DNA from: Vulcanimicrobiota bacterium
GTDB taxonomy: Bacteria; Vulcanimicrobiota; Xenobia; Xenobiales; JADMJV01
Reading direction: 5' to 3'
Assembly: GCA_050250895.1 (NCBI GenBank)
Contig: JBFWNU010000003.1
Span: 682,109-746,108, forward strand
DNA length: 64,000 bases
Position 1 is the first letter of the stretch, and the number at the start of each line of letters is the position of its first letter. Under the pieces are notes generated by a model, which made no database searches, had not been told where the DNA came from, and saw only the letters and a program-made list of their open reading frames with translations. Made by a program: the position numbers and the translations under genes. Positions 18,250-27,687 of this stretch are shown here, piece by piece.

Positions 18250-20726
18250 CTTTGATGCTGGTCCCTCGTTCTGCGATAACCGGCGCCGTGATTTGCGTAC
18301 CAGCTCTTGAGTTGGTCTAAGCTTTCGCAGCGGTGGAGCGTGTCGGCGGCGGGGGGGTTCTGGGCTAGCAGCATTTCATGCAAGCTTTCAAAGGCCTCTT
18401 CGTCTCTCCAGCCGTAATCGGCATTCTCATCGAGGGCCCAGCCGAGACCGTGGCGTCCGGCGCAACGGACAACGACTTCTATAGCCGCCAGCGGTAATTC
18501 TGAGTCCCTGTCTTGCGCGCGGAAGAACTCGGGTTTGAGGCGCTCGGGCTCTCCCAGCAGGGCCAGGGCAACTTCGCGAGCGGGTGATGGCGAAGTGGCC
18601 AGGATGGCTTCGCGGGCGGCCGTGTCTTCCATCAGTCCCAGGGCGATACCAGCAAGCTCTGGCTCGCTACAGTCCCGGCCAATGGGTTCTGGGTAGTCGT
18701 AGGCTGGGGTCGCTACGGCCTTTCTTGGGGGCGCAGGCTGGCCCTTCACCAGGGCCAGCAGCGGGCTCGCAAGCGAACGTCTTTGGTTTTGCCCGGCCGC
18801 CCGGATGGCCGCGCGTCGAACCTGTTCATCGGGGTCACTCAAAGCGATGGCAAGATGCGGGTCGAGGTTCGCGCCCCGGCGGCTCCAGCGGCTGAGCACA
18901 AAGACAGCGTGTTGTCGCGTCCAGGCCGACGGGCTTTGCTCGAGAAGGGTGAGAGCCTGCTCTTGCAACTGGTCCGTCCCTGGCCACTCGCCCAACTCGG
19001 ACCTGGTCCAGAAACGCACGGCCCCGCGGGCCTGGCGCGCCTTGGAGCCGGCCAGCGCCTGGGCCACGCAAGCTCGCAGAACTTCGTCGGGAAACGTCTT
19101 CAGCGTGCCCTCGGCTTTGGCCTCAAACATTGAGGATGGGTTCCAGGGACCGGCACTGCCCAACACCTGAAAGAGCGCAAGAACTTGCTCTTCAGGCTCA
19201 GGCAGGGCCCTGTCCAAAGCTTGCTTGAGCTGGTCGGAGGCGCCAAGGGAGAGGGGGTCGTCGCCCTGAATGAGGGCCTCTTTGACGATTTTGGGAAGAC
19301 CCTCGGTGGCATCGGCCAGCGACTCGGCGAACCGGCGTTGTCGGCGAGTGCTCTCTTCGATTTCCAGTTTTGGTCCAGGCACCCCGTGAAGGTCTAGCCA
19401 ATCGACGAGAAAGCGGGAAGCGTCGGCTGTCAGCACGGCATCGCCGGGCCAGCCTGCCGACCAGCGCAAGAGTTCGCCATGGTGAAAGCCCACTGTCTGC
19501 AGAAGGGTGTCGTCTTGATAGAACTCCAGGCTGGGGGTGCCGCAGCACATACAAGCGACTCCACTTTGGGAGGAGTCGATTTCGATACCCTCGAGAAGCC
19601 CGGCCAGGTCGGATGCCTCTCGCGACTCGAACAAGGTCGCTTCGTTGGCGGGATCGCGATGGCAGGTTCCCCCCGAGCGGACCCTCAACCGGTTTGCCCG
19701 GGTCACCGCGTTTCGCAGCTCGTTGGCCCAATCGTGGTGCACGCGACAATCCGGGTTGGCCTGTTCAAAGGCTTGAAGCTGGTCGAGCGGGACCGAGCTG
19801 CCGAGCAGGGAGAGTTCGGCGAGTTCTGGCACTTTTGAGGCTGGCAATCTCTCGACCGGACAGAGGTCGGCTACGACGCGGCGCACCCTGGGGTGGCCGG
19901 CCAGGGCGCTCAGGTCGGTCAGTCGACTGGCGCGCACCTGGACCACCGACAGACCCGGCAAGCGGGCCAGAAATTGACCGTCGCCGAGGTCGGAACGCTC
20001 GGCCCGGAGCCAGGCCAACTGGTCCAGGCCCACCAGCCTCTCGGGGTTGACCAGGTTGGAGCAGAGCAGAGTGTTGAGCTGCCTGCAGCCGGATACCCAC
20101 CCTGCATCCGTGGTCTCGGCCGTGAGCAAATCGAGCGAGAGCAGACGAAGTTCGCTCAGTCGGCTCAGGCCGCTCAGCTCTCCATAACCCATGTTGCTGC
20201 TCTCTCGGATGAAGAGATAGCGAAGCCTGGGGGGCAGGTTGGGGAGCGAAATCGGCCCGTCGCGGGACGCATCATAGCAGTCGGTCAGCGTGATGCAGCA
20301 GCGGGCCAGGTCCAGTCTCTCGAGGTCGGTGGCAAACTCGGGACGCCAGCAGTCGAGAACGACCCCGCGAATTTGTTGCAGTTCGGTCGGAGCCAGTTGT
20401 GCCAAAGGGTTGCGGACCTGGGACGTGTCGTCGTCTCGGAAGAGGGTCACCGCCACCGGGCGGGACGGCTCGCCATCGAGCGACAAGAACAGTGTTCCGA
20501 AGACTCCACGCCTCAGCTCGAAGGCGTAGGTCCCTGGCGGACCCAGCACCATCGGCAGGTTGGCCACTTCGATGACGTCGCCCGGCTGATAAGCCGCTGG
20601 CGAGTCAGCAAGCCGCACGACGGGGGGGCGAATCGACTGGCCATTCAGACTGAAGGAATACTCCTCGGCCCAGCTGATGCGGACGAAAAGGCTTACCAGT
20701 AGGAGGGCGAGGATGGCTCTCTGCAT
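18246..20726 (-). CDS. Exported protein with LRR-like repeats, a Cys/His-rich central domain and HEAT-like repeats
   Basis: Signal peptide; LSRLSELRLLSL and LTDLSALAG repeats; GGTCH...CMCCG...FHHG; LSDPDEQVRRAAIRA. Confidence 0.7.
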   Translation of the reverse strand: MQRAILALLLVSLFVRISWAEEYSFSLNGQSIRPPVVRLADSPAAYQPGDVIEVANLPMVLGPPGTYAFELRRGVFGTLFLSLDGEPSRPVAVTLFRDDDTSQVRNPLAQLAPTELQQIRGVVLDCWRPEFATDLERLDLARCCITLTDCYDASRDGPISLPNLPPRLRYLFIRESSNMGYGELSGLSRLSELRLLSLDLLTAETTDAGWVSGCRQLNTLLCSNLVNPERLVGLDQLAWLRAERSDLGDGQFLARLPGLSVVQVRASRLTDLSALAGHPRVRRVVADLCPVERLPASKVPELAELSLLGSSVPLDQLQAFEQANPDCRVHHDWANELRNAVTRANRLRVRSGGTCHRDPANEATLFESREASDLAGLLEGIEIDSSQSGVACMCCGTPSLEFYQDDTLLQTVGFHHGELLRWSAGWPGDAVLTADASRFLVDWLDLHGVPGPKLEIEESTRRQRRFAESLADATEGLPKIVKEALIQGDDPLSLGASDQLKQALDRALPEPEEQVLALFQVLGSAGPWNPSSMFEAKAEGTLKTFPDEVLRACVAQALAGSKARQARGAVRFWTRSELGEWPGTDQLQEQALTLLEQSPSAWTRQHAVFVLSRWSRRGANLDPHLAIALSDPDEQVRRAAIRAAGQNQRRSLASPLLALVKGQPAPPRKAVATPAYDYPEPIGRDCSEPELAGIALGLMEDTAAREAILATSPSPAREVALALLGEPERLKPEFFRAQDRDSELPLAAIEVVVRCAGRHGLGWALDENADYGWRDEEAFESLHEMLLAQNPPAADTLHRCESLDQLKSWYANHGAGYRRTRDQHQR

Positions 20727-20777
20727 GCAGTAGGGTTCGTTCCCCTTACGGGTAAGGCCTCCACGGCTCGCCGGCTG

Positions 20778-22598
20778 CTATTGGTGGAGGAGCTGCTCGA
20801 GGTGGCTGCGGAAGGAGCTGCCGCCCAGGTTGGAGCCGTCCAGGCCGCGGATCTCGGCCTGGGTGAGGTTGACCCGGGGAGCGAAGATGGCGTCGTGGGC
20901 CGCCGCGCACAGGGCGCTGCGGGCGTCTTCGCCGGGCTCCGCCGAAAAGCGGGCCAGCACGGCGCCCCTGGCCGTCTCGAGGCGGCCGGTGAAACCGCTT
21001 TCGAGACTGCCCTCGACGGTCAGACGCAGGTCCGAGCCCGAGCGAAAACGAGGCGAGGCGAGCAGCCAACGGCGCAGGCGGCGGTCGGGGCAGGTCACTT
21101 CGACCGGTAGGGCCAGGCCCAGACGGCGCAGGCTGGGCGGGTCGGCTTCGAGGGCCTCGGCGTAGCGGCCCAGCTGGGCCAGCAGGCGAGCCCGCAGCAA
21201 CACCTCCGAGGTCGGCAGGTCAGCCAGGGCTTGCTCGAGTTGGGCCTGGTCGTGGTTGAGTTCACCGAGCAGGGCCAGCAGGTAGGGGCGCTCCTTGGTC
21301 GAGGCCTGGGGCAGGCGGCGCGTGGCCGCTACGACCAGCGGTCCTCGGCCGAGTGCGCCGGCTAAATCTGGTAGCAGCCAGGGGCAGTTCAGGCCTTTTG
21401 GGCCATAAGGGTCGAGCAGGCGCTCGAGGTCGCCGTTCGAGGCGATCAAAGCCGCTTGCTCGCGCTGGGCCAGCTTGAACTGGCGACGACGCTGCAGCTG
21501 CTGGCTCAACAGGCTCCACCAGCCGCGCCCGCGGGTATAGCTGCGCTCCTCACGCAGGCGTTGCTGGCAGGCCGAGAGGGCCTCGGAGTAGATCAGCAGG
21601 TTTCGGCTGGCCACCAACCAGCCTTCCGTCGAGGTCCCGGCGTTGCGGTCGGGAAAGGCGACGACCCGTTCCATCACCTCGGCAGCCTCTCGGTCGAAGC
21701 CGCAGCCCAGCAACACCAGCCCGGCACTCTGCAGGGCTTTCGCGGTGTTCTGGATTGAGACCGAAGGATCGGCGTTGGCCCGCCACAGGTTGTTGTGCCG
21801 GATCGCCTCGACCGCCTCGGGCTGGCGTCCCTGAGCTAGATAGAGTTCCGCCAGCAAGCCCCAGGGAGAAGCGTAGGTGAAGGGGTCTTCAAACCGGGTC
21901 GAGGCCAGCAGATACTGCTCGGCGCGGGCGAAGTCGAGCTGGGCTCGGGCTGTCTCTCCGGCGTTGGCGGCATAGACCGCATCCGGCTGGATCTGCTTGC
22001 CGGTGACCAGCTCGAGGAGGGCCTGGTAATAGTCGAGCGACCTGGGCAGGTTGCCGAGCTCGTATTCGAGGTTGCCCAGGGTATTGAGGGCGACGGCTCG
22101 CTCTTCGGGCTGGCCGTCGATCGAGGCCTCTTGCAGACGCTGGCGAGCCTCATCAGACCGTCCCAGCTTGAGCAGCGGCCAGCCATACTCGGCCCGCAGG
22201 CGGGGCTTGAACAGGGCGTTGTAGCGGTCGAGCAGCTTGAGCGAGCGTTGGTATTCTTCTTTGCCCTCGGCCACGGTGCGCAGGTTCCACAGGGTATCGC
22301 GATAGAGGTCACTTTCGGCCAGGTCTTTGACGGTTGTCTCGAGTCGCTGGCGAGCCAGGCGTAAGTGATAGTCGGCACGGGGCAGGTTGCCCTCGCCCCA
22401 CTGATAGACCTGGCCGAGGAGCAGGTGGGCCTCGGCCGATTCGGGCTGGTTGGCTAACATCTGTTCGGCCATCTCTCGCGCTTTGACGTAGTTACCGCGC
22501 GCAATCAGGCGCTTGGCCTGGTCATAGTCCTGGTCGCCGGCCTGGGCCATGGCCAGACCCCCCAGCAGCAAAAACAGCCATGGCAGCCAGCGGCTCAC
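20778..22598 (-). CDS. Exported TPR protein
   Basis: Signal peptide; AEAHLLLGQVY and ALNTLGNLEYELG TPR motifs; GTGA overlap with moxR. Confidence 0.8.
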   Translation of the reverse strand: MSRWLPWLFLLLGGLAMAQAGDQDYDQAKRLIARGNYVKAREMAEQMLANQPESAEAHLLLGQVYQWGEGNLPRADYHLRLARQRLETTVKDLAESDLYRDTLWNLRTVAEGKEEYQRSLKLLDRYNALFKPRLRAEYGWPLLKLGRSDEARQRLQEASIDGQPEERAVALNTLGNLEYELGNLPRSLDYYQALLELVTGKQIQPDAVYAANAGETARAQLDFARAEQYLLASTRFEDPFTYASPWGLLAELYLAQGRQPEAVEAIRHNNLWRANADPSVSIQNTAKALQSAGLVLLGCGFDREAAEVMERVVAFPDRNAGTSTEGWLVASRNLLIYSEALSACQQRLREERSYTRGRGWWSLLSQQLQRRRQFKLAQREQAALIASNGDLERLLDPYGPKGLNCPWLLPDLAGALGRGPLVVAATRRLPQASTKERPYLLALLGELNHDQAQLEQALADLPTSEVLLRARLLAQLGRYAEALEADPPSLRRLGLALPVEVTCPDRRLRRWLLASPRFRSGSDLRLTVEGSLESGFTGRLETARGAVLARFSAEPGEDARSALCAAAHDAIFAPRVNLTQAEIRGLDGSNLGGSSFRSHLEQLLHQ

Positions 22599-23584
22599 GG
22601 GGCCAGGGTCACCCGACTCAGGGCTTCTAGCGGCTCGCGCAGACAGTCGGTGATGACCCGCTCAGGTTCGCGGCGGCCCATCTCGAGCACCAGCCGGTGG
22701 CCGAAAATGGGCAGCGACAGCCATTCGATGTCTTCTTCAGTGACGTGGCTGCGGCCCCGGAGCAGGGCGGCCGCCCGCAGAGCCGGCTTCATCAGGACCA
22801 GGCAGCGGGTCGATACTCCCTGGGCTACGTCGGGATGCTCGCGCAGGTTGCGGGCAATGTCGACCAGACAATCGTTGATGCGAGGGTGAACGTAGATACC
22901 CTTGGCCAGGCTGTGGCGGGCCGCTACGACCGCCCCGCGGGCTACTTTGGGAAACCTGTCGCCCACCGGTTCGGCCCGCTCGAATTCTGAGCTGAGCACC
23001 TCGATCTCGGCTTCGCGGTCGATGTAATCCATGCGGATCTTGAAGAGAAAGCGGTCGAGCTGGGCGGTGGGCAGGGGATAGGTGCCGGCCAGGTCGAGCG
23101 GGTTCTGGGTGGCGATGACAAAGAAGAACTCATCAAGCAGATAGCTGACATTGTCGACGGTGACCTGTTTTTCGGCCATGGCCTCGAGCATGGCCGACTG
23201 CACCTTGGGCGAGGTTCGGTTGATCTCGTCTCCCAACACCACATAGGCGAAGATGGGACCCCGGCGAAACTGGAAGTCCTTGGTATCGGCGTCAAAGACC
23301 GTCACTCCGGTCACATCCGAGGGGAGCAGGTCGGGAGTGAACTGGATGCGGCGAAAGTCCGGAATCTCGTCGTCAGGGAGGTCGTCGGCGATGGACTCGC
23401 CCAGAGTCTTGGCCAGAGTGGTCTTGCCCGAACCGGGATAGTCTTCCAGCAGAACGTGGCCGTCGGCCAGCAGGGCCACCAGGATGAGCTCGATGACCTC
23501 GTCGCGGCCCTTGACGGCGTGGCGCATTCGCTGGCGAAGGAGTTCGGCCGTGGCTCGACCCTGTTCGAGTAGTTCTGGATCCAT
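22595..23584 (-). CDS. moxR: MoxR family AAA+ ATPase
   Basis: HVLLEDYPGSGKT, RIQFTPDLLPSD, DEINRTSPKVQSA, ATQNP, AQLDRF. Confidence 0.95.
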   Translation of the reverse strand: MDPELLEQGRATAELLRQRMRHAVKGRDEVIELILVALLADGHVLLEDYPGSGKTTLAKTLGESIADDLPDDEIPDFRRIQFTPDLLPSDVTGVTVFDADTKDFQFRRGPIFAYVVLGDEINRTSPKVQSAMLEAMAEKQVTVDNVSYLLDEFFFVIATQNPLDLAGTYPLPTAQLDRFLFKIRMDYIDREAEIEVLSSEFERAEPVGDRFPKVARGAVVAARHSLAKGIYVHPRINDCLVDIARNLREHPDVAQGVSTRCLVLMKPALRAAALLRGRSHVTEEDIEWLSLPIFGHRLVLEMGRREPERVITDCLREPLEALSRVTLAP

Positions 23585-23593
23585 GTTACCTCC

Positions 23594-25690
23594 TTAGCCT
23601 ACGCTCCACCATGAGGTCGGATTGAGCGCTCCCAGCCAGCGCGCTCGCCCGGCCGTGTTGGCCTTCCACTCGGCCACCGCCCTGGCCAGCAGTTCCCTCC
23701 ACGGGACCGGAAGCCTCTTCTCGGGGTCCCCCATCTGGTGAGCCAGGTGCGCCCGGGTCAACTCGGCAAAGGTAGGCGCTACGGTGCGGCAGCGCTCGGC
23801 AAAGCGCTGGCGCGGCTCACCGGTGCGGCGCTGCAGCCCGGTCTCGGCCAGGCGATCGAGCATCGCCACCAGGGCCGCTTTCGGCAGCACCTCGTCGCCA
23901 CAGAATCCGGGGCGAAAGCGGCGCCACAATTTCACCAGATAGAAGCCGGCCAGCCCGGCCAGCAGCAGCCAGCGAAGACCTGAGAGTAGCTTGCCGATCA
24001 GCCGGGCGGCCAGTTCTTGCAGGTCGAAGCGCACGCTCTGTTTGGGTTGGTGCGAGGCCGCTCGGGCCATCTCGCCCAGCAGTTGCTTGAGATCTTGCGG
24101 CTGGCTTTCTCGGGGGGGGTCGAGGTTCTGCTCGGGGTTGACATCGAGCACGACCCAGCCGGCGCCGTCGAGATAGATCTCGGGCCAGGCATGGGAACTC
24201 GAGGCCGGCACCAGCAGGGCCGAACCACGTCCCCGCTGCTGCGAGGGCACGGCATAACCCGAACCCACCCGGGCCGGGACCCCGGCCGTGCGCATGAGAT
24301 ACACTCCCGCGTGAGCAAAGAAGACGCAGTAGCCGGTGCGATCGCCGAAGAGAAAGTCGGCCACCGGGTCGTCCGCCTCGGCATGACCCGAGGTCTGACT
24401 GTAGATGCCATGCGTGTCGAGCCACAGTTTGATCGCCAGAGCTTTCTGCAGGGGGCCGGCCTGGGGATGGTCGGCCAGGATGTTGGCTAGCAATTCGGCG
24501 TAGCGAGGGTCTTCCGGGGCGGCCAAGTAGTGGTGGCGAGTGGCTTCGTCCCAGGCCGGGTCACCGACCTCGAGTTCGAGAAGGTCGGCGAAGGGCCGGT
24601 CGAGCACCCAGGAAAAGGTGGTGTAGGCCGACTGAAACCGCTTGGGGTCGGGATTGGGTTCCGGCTCAAAGCCGCTGGCGTTGGTCAGGCCGAAGGGTTG
24701 ATGGTGCTCTTCCAGCAGCACCACCCGCGTCTCGAGTGGGCGCCGGTAGCCTCCCGAAAGGGGTGGAAGTTCAATTTCCACCGCTCGAGTGGTGGGAAAT
24801 TCGGTGGCCACATCGTGGTCGTAGCGTCCGCTGGTGTCGGCCACCATCCTGGTTCCGTTGTAGAGGCTGAAAGCTGACTGGCGAAAGTAGTAAAAGCCCC
24901 GTTCGGGTTGATATTCGTCGCTAAACAAGACCACCGCTATTGGCCGGTCCTGGGAATCGCCCTGGCTTGGGTCCGAAAAGTCCAACTCTTGATTGTCCTG
25001 GCTTTGCTCTTCACCCTGACCGCTGACGGCCACGGTCGGCGGCTCGGGCTTGAGGTCCTTGAGGTGATGGCTGGGAAAGAGCGTAAACAGACCGAGCAAG
25101 AGGATGGTCATCAGGGAAAGATCCAGCCAGCGGCCGCGCTTTCGGGTGTGGCTGGCGGCCAATTGCAGCAGCAGCGAGACGATGAGGATGCCAAACGCGA
25201 TCAAAACCGGCAACGGGTCGATACCCGAAGACCAGAGGGGGTCGACCAGGGCCAGGGGACGACTGATGTAGCCCTCTTCGTGGGCCTGGGTGAGGCTGCC
25301 CAGGACCCAGGCTCCCAGCACCAGTTCGACCGTCAACCAGCCCCGATGCCGTCCACTGCTCGAACGCAGCAGGGAAGTCAAGACCAGTAACTCGACGCCC
25401 CAGAAGAGCGCATCCGACAGTCGATAGGCTCCGGCCGGGCCCAACACCCGGCTAAAGACGGCCCGCTCGATCATGAACCGGCTGAGCAGGCCGCCGGCCA
25501 GAGCCACCCCACCGGCCAGTAGCCAGAGCCGAGGTAGGCGAAGCGAACGGTGGCCTTGACGGTGGGCTAACCAGCATCCCGCCGCAGCGCCGGCCCCGGC
25601 CGCCAGCAGGCTGGTGGAAAGCGGCGACTCCTGGGCCGCCCACAGGACCGCCAGCAGGACCCAGACGACTCCGCCGACCACGGCCTTCAT
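23594..25690 (-). CDS. Membrane transglutaminase-domain protein (TgpA-like)
   Basis: Multiple TM helices; GYCVFFA...GVPARVGSGY...HAWPEIY...GWVVLD triad. Confidence 0.9.
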   Translation of the reverse strand: MKAVVGGVVWVLLAVLWAAQESPLSTSLLAAGAGAAAGCWLAHRQGHRSLRLPRLWLLAGGVALAGGLLSRFMIERAVFSRVLGPAGAYRLSDALFWGVELLVLTSLLRSSSGRHRGWLTVELVLGAWVLGSLTQAHEEGYISRPLALVDPLWSSGIDPLPVLIAFGILIVSLLLQLAASHTRKRGRWLDLSLMTILLLGLFTLFPSHHLKDLKPEPPTVAVSGQGEEQSQDNQELDFSDPSQGDSQDRPIAVVLFSDEYQPERGFYYFRQSAFSLYNGTRMVADTSGRYDHDVATEFPTTRAVEIELPPLSGGYRRPLETRVVLLEEHHQPFGLTNASGFEPEPNPDPKRFQSAYTTFSWVLDRPFADLLELEVGDPAWDEATRHHYLAAPEDPRYAELLANILADHPQAGPLQKALAIKLWLDTHGIYSQTSGHAEADDPVADFLFGDRTGYCVFFAHAGVYLMRTAGVPARVGSGYAVPSQQRGRGSALLVPASSSHAWPEIYLDGAGWVVLDVNPEQNLDPPRESQPQDLKQLLGEMARAASHQPKQSVRFDLQELAARLIGKLLSGLRWLLLAGLAGFYLVKLWRRFRPGFCGDEVLPKAALVAMLDRLAETGLQRRTGEPRQRFAERCRTVAPTFAELTRAHLAHQMGDPEKRLPVPWRELLARAVAEWKANTAGRARWLGALNPTSWWSVG

Positions 25691-26892
25691 CGGGGCGGCT
25701 CCAGCAACACCCCACCGAAGCGAGCTACCACGGTCGCCTTACCACCCCAACGGCGGAACACTTCTTCGGGATCGGGAGCGGCCGGCCGCTTCGGTTCGAG
25801 CCATCCCCACAGCCCTTCCGGAGCGGGCTCGAGGTCCTGGTCGAGGCCCACCCAGACATCCACCCTCAGTCGTGAAAAGCGCACCGCCGCCTGCACCAGG
25901 CGGGCCGCGTCCACCGACCCTGCCGGAGCCAACACGATGCAATAGCCGAACCCATCGGTCTCGGCCTCTTTCAGAAAGGTGGCCAACCCGGCCGGAGTGG
26001 CTCGCAACCGATTGCCGCTGGCGGCGATCTGTTCCAGAGCCTCGTCTTCGCGGTGGGACCAGCGGGTGGCCCCGTCGGCACCAAAACGCCAGCCCGCTCC
26101 CAGCAAACCGTGACTCACCAGCACCCGGGCCAGTCCGGCCGAGGCTTCGTCATTGGGGCCGGTGAGGAGATAGGCGCAAGCCCGTGGGCTCGAGGTGATG
26201 GCCCGCTCCGGCACGCGGACCACGACTTTGCCCGAGCGCGAATAGACCTTCCAGAGAATAAATCGGACCGAATCGCCCCGCTGGTAACCACGCATGTCGA
26301 GGCGTTCGCCGGCCACTTCGCCAGCCGGGTCGGGCACGTCTTCGCCGGGCAGTAGCGAGCGCACCAGGTGAACGCTTTCCAAGCGTCCGGTGGCCGGCAA
26401 GACGCGGATGCGGACCTGCTGTGGATGACGTAGGGTCAGGCTGGCCAGACCCAGCACGTCGCGCACGATGAAGCGCCGGACTACCCCGGGATAGATGCCG
26501 CGCTGGCGGCAATTGACCCGCTCGCGCACCCAATCGGCCTGGCGGGCCAGGCTCACTTCGGCGGCCAGATCTTCCCATTCCCAGTCTACCTTCACCAGGG
26601 GCAGATAGGAGGGAAGGTTCACACTGACGCCGGTAGGGCACGCGTGCTGGGCCGTCAACTCGATGGGTAGTCGCGAAAAGCCGGTCAGACGGCGGCGCAA
26701 CCACAGGCTGGTCAGGCAAACGCTGGCCACGGAAAGGCCCAGCACCGTAGCCACGGCCACAGCCATCGATAGGACCACCAGGTCGAGTTTGGCCACGCCC
26801 ACCAGCGGAACGGCCAGGCAAACGGCCACGGCCACCCCGAGGCCGGCTCCGGTGAGGGGGATATAGCCCCACAGACGGTGTGCCCACTCCAT
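25687..26892 (-). CDS. DUF58 family protein
   Basis: RGYQRGDSVRFILWK motif; MoxR operon context. Confidence 0.85.
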   Translation of the reverse strand: MEWAHRLWGYIPLTGAGLGVAVAVCLAVPLVGVAKLDLVVLSMAVAVATVLGLSVASVCLTSLWLRRRLTGFSRLPIELTAQHACPTGVSVNLPSYLPLVKVDWEWEDLAAEVSLARQADWVRERVNCRQRGIYPGVVRRFIVRDVLGLASLTLRHPQQVRIRVLPATGRLESVHLVRSLLPGEDVPDPAGEVAGERLDMRGYQRGDSVRFILWKVYSRSGKVVVRVPERAITSSPRACAYLLTGPNDEASAGLARVLVSHGLLGAGWRFGADGATRWSHREDEALEQIAASGNRLRATPAGLATFLKEAETDGFGYCIVLAPAGSVDAARLVQAAVRFSRLRVDVWVGLDQDLEPAPEGLWGWLEPKRPAAPDPEEVFRRWGGKATVVARFGGVLLEPPR

Positions 26893-26928
26893 AGGGCTAG
26901 ATTTACCCCGAGGGCCGTTGGCCTACAC

Positions 26929-26954
26929 AAAAAAAGCCGGGGGAGTCCCCCGGC
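26929..26954 (-). terminator. Intrinsic terminator of the 28608-27660 operon
   Basis: GCCGGGGG-act-CCCCCGGC followed by T7 on the minus strand. Confidence 0.85.
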
Positions 26955-26979
26955 GAGCAAGCTCTCAACTCAACTTGGA

Positions 26980-27660
26980 CTATTTGAACTGCCACCACTG
27001 ACCGGCGGTAGCCTCACGAACTTTGCTGTCGATGATCACGCCGGAACCGGCGGTCGCACCAATAGCGCCCATTCCCAGCGTGGCGGCCACGCCGATGACC
27101 GGCGCAAGTTCGGGCTTGATGACCCCGGCATAACTCAGGATGGTGGTGCCGATGGCGCCCAGTCCGGCTCCGATGCCACCACCGACCAGCCGGCCTTTGC
27201 GGGTCATGGCGGCCACTTCGGCATCGCTGAACTTTAGTTCGGGGAGGTTTCTGAACTCGCTGACATTGACGGCATCTTTCTGACCGTGGATGCGGAACAT
27301 GACCGAGCCGTCTTCTTCCGTGAGGCGACCGCGGGTCTGGGCCGTCATCGGGGTCGAAACCGCTCCCGCCAGTGCGCCGAAGGCCGCCCCGGGTAGGGCG
27401 AAGGCCGGGTTGATCAGTCCGCCGACGCAAGCGGCGATGGTGGCTCCGCCCATCGAGCGCAGCATGGTGACCGAGTCGAGGCGATGATACTTGCCGTAGT
27501 CGAGGCGATAGACGGCTTCGACGCCTTCGGCCGGAGGGGTGTAGTTGTCGAGAATTTTGGCGGTCGAGTCAAAGCTGGCGCCGTGGATGTCCCAACGTTC
27601 GCCGGGAGGGCGGATAGAGCTCAGACGCTGGGGAGTTTGGGGGTTGGCTGCGATTCTCAC
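26980..27660 (-). CDS. Hypothetical glycine-zipper membrane protein
   Basis: AAAGGA SD with GTG start; two Gly/Ala-rich hydrophobic hairpins. Confidence 0.75.
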   Translation of the reverse strand: MRIAANPQTPQRLSSIRPPGERWDIHGASFDSTAKILDNYTPPAEGVEAVYRLDYGKYHRLDSVTMLRSMGGATIAACVGGLINPAFALPGAAFGALAGAVSTPMTAQTRGRLTEEDGSVMFRIHGQKDAVNVSEFRNLPELKFSDAEVAAMTRKGRLVGGGIGAGLGAIGTTILSYAGVIKPELAPVIGVAATLGMGAIGATAGSGVIIDSKVREATAGQWWQFK

Positions 27661-27687
27661 GTTCTTGATCCTTTCAATCCTGGAAGC

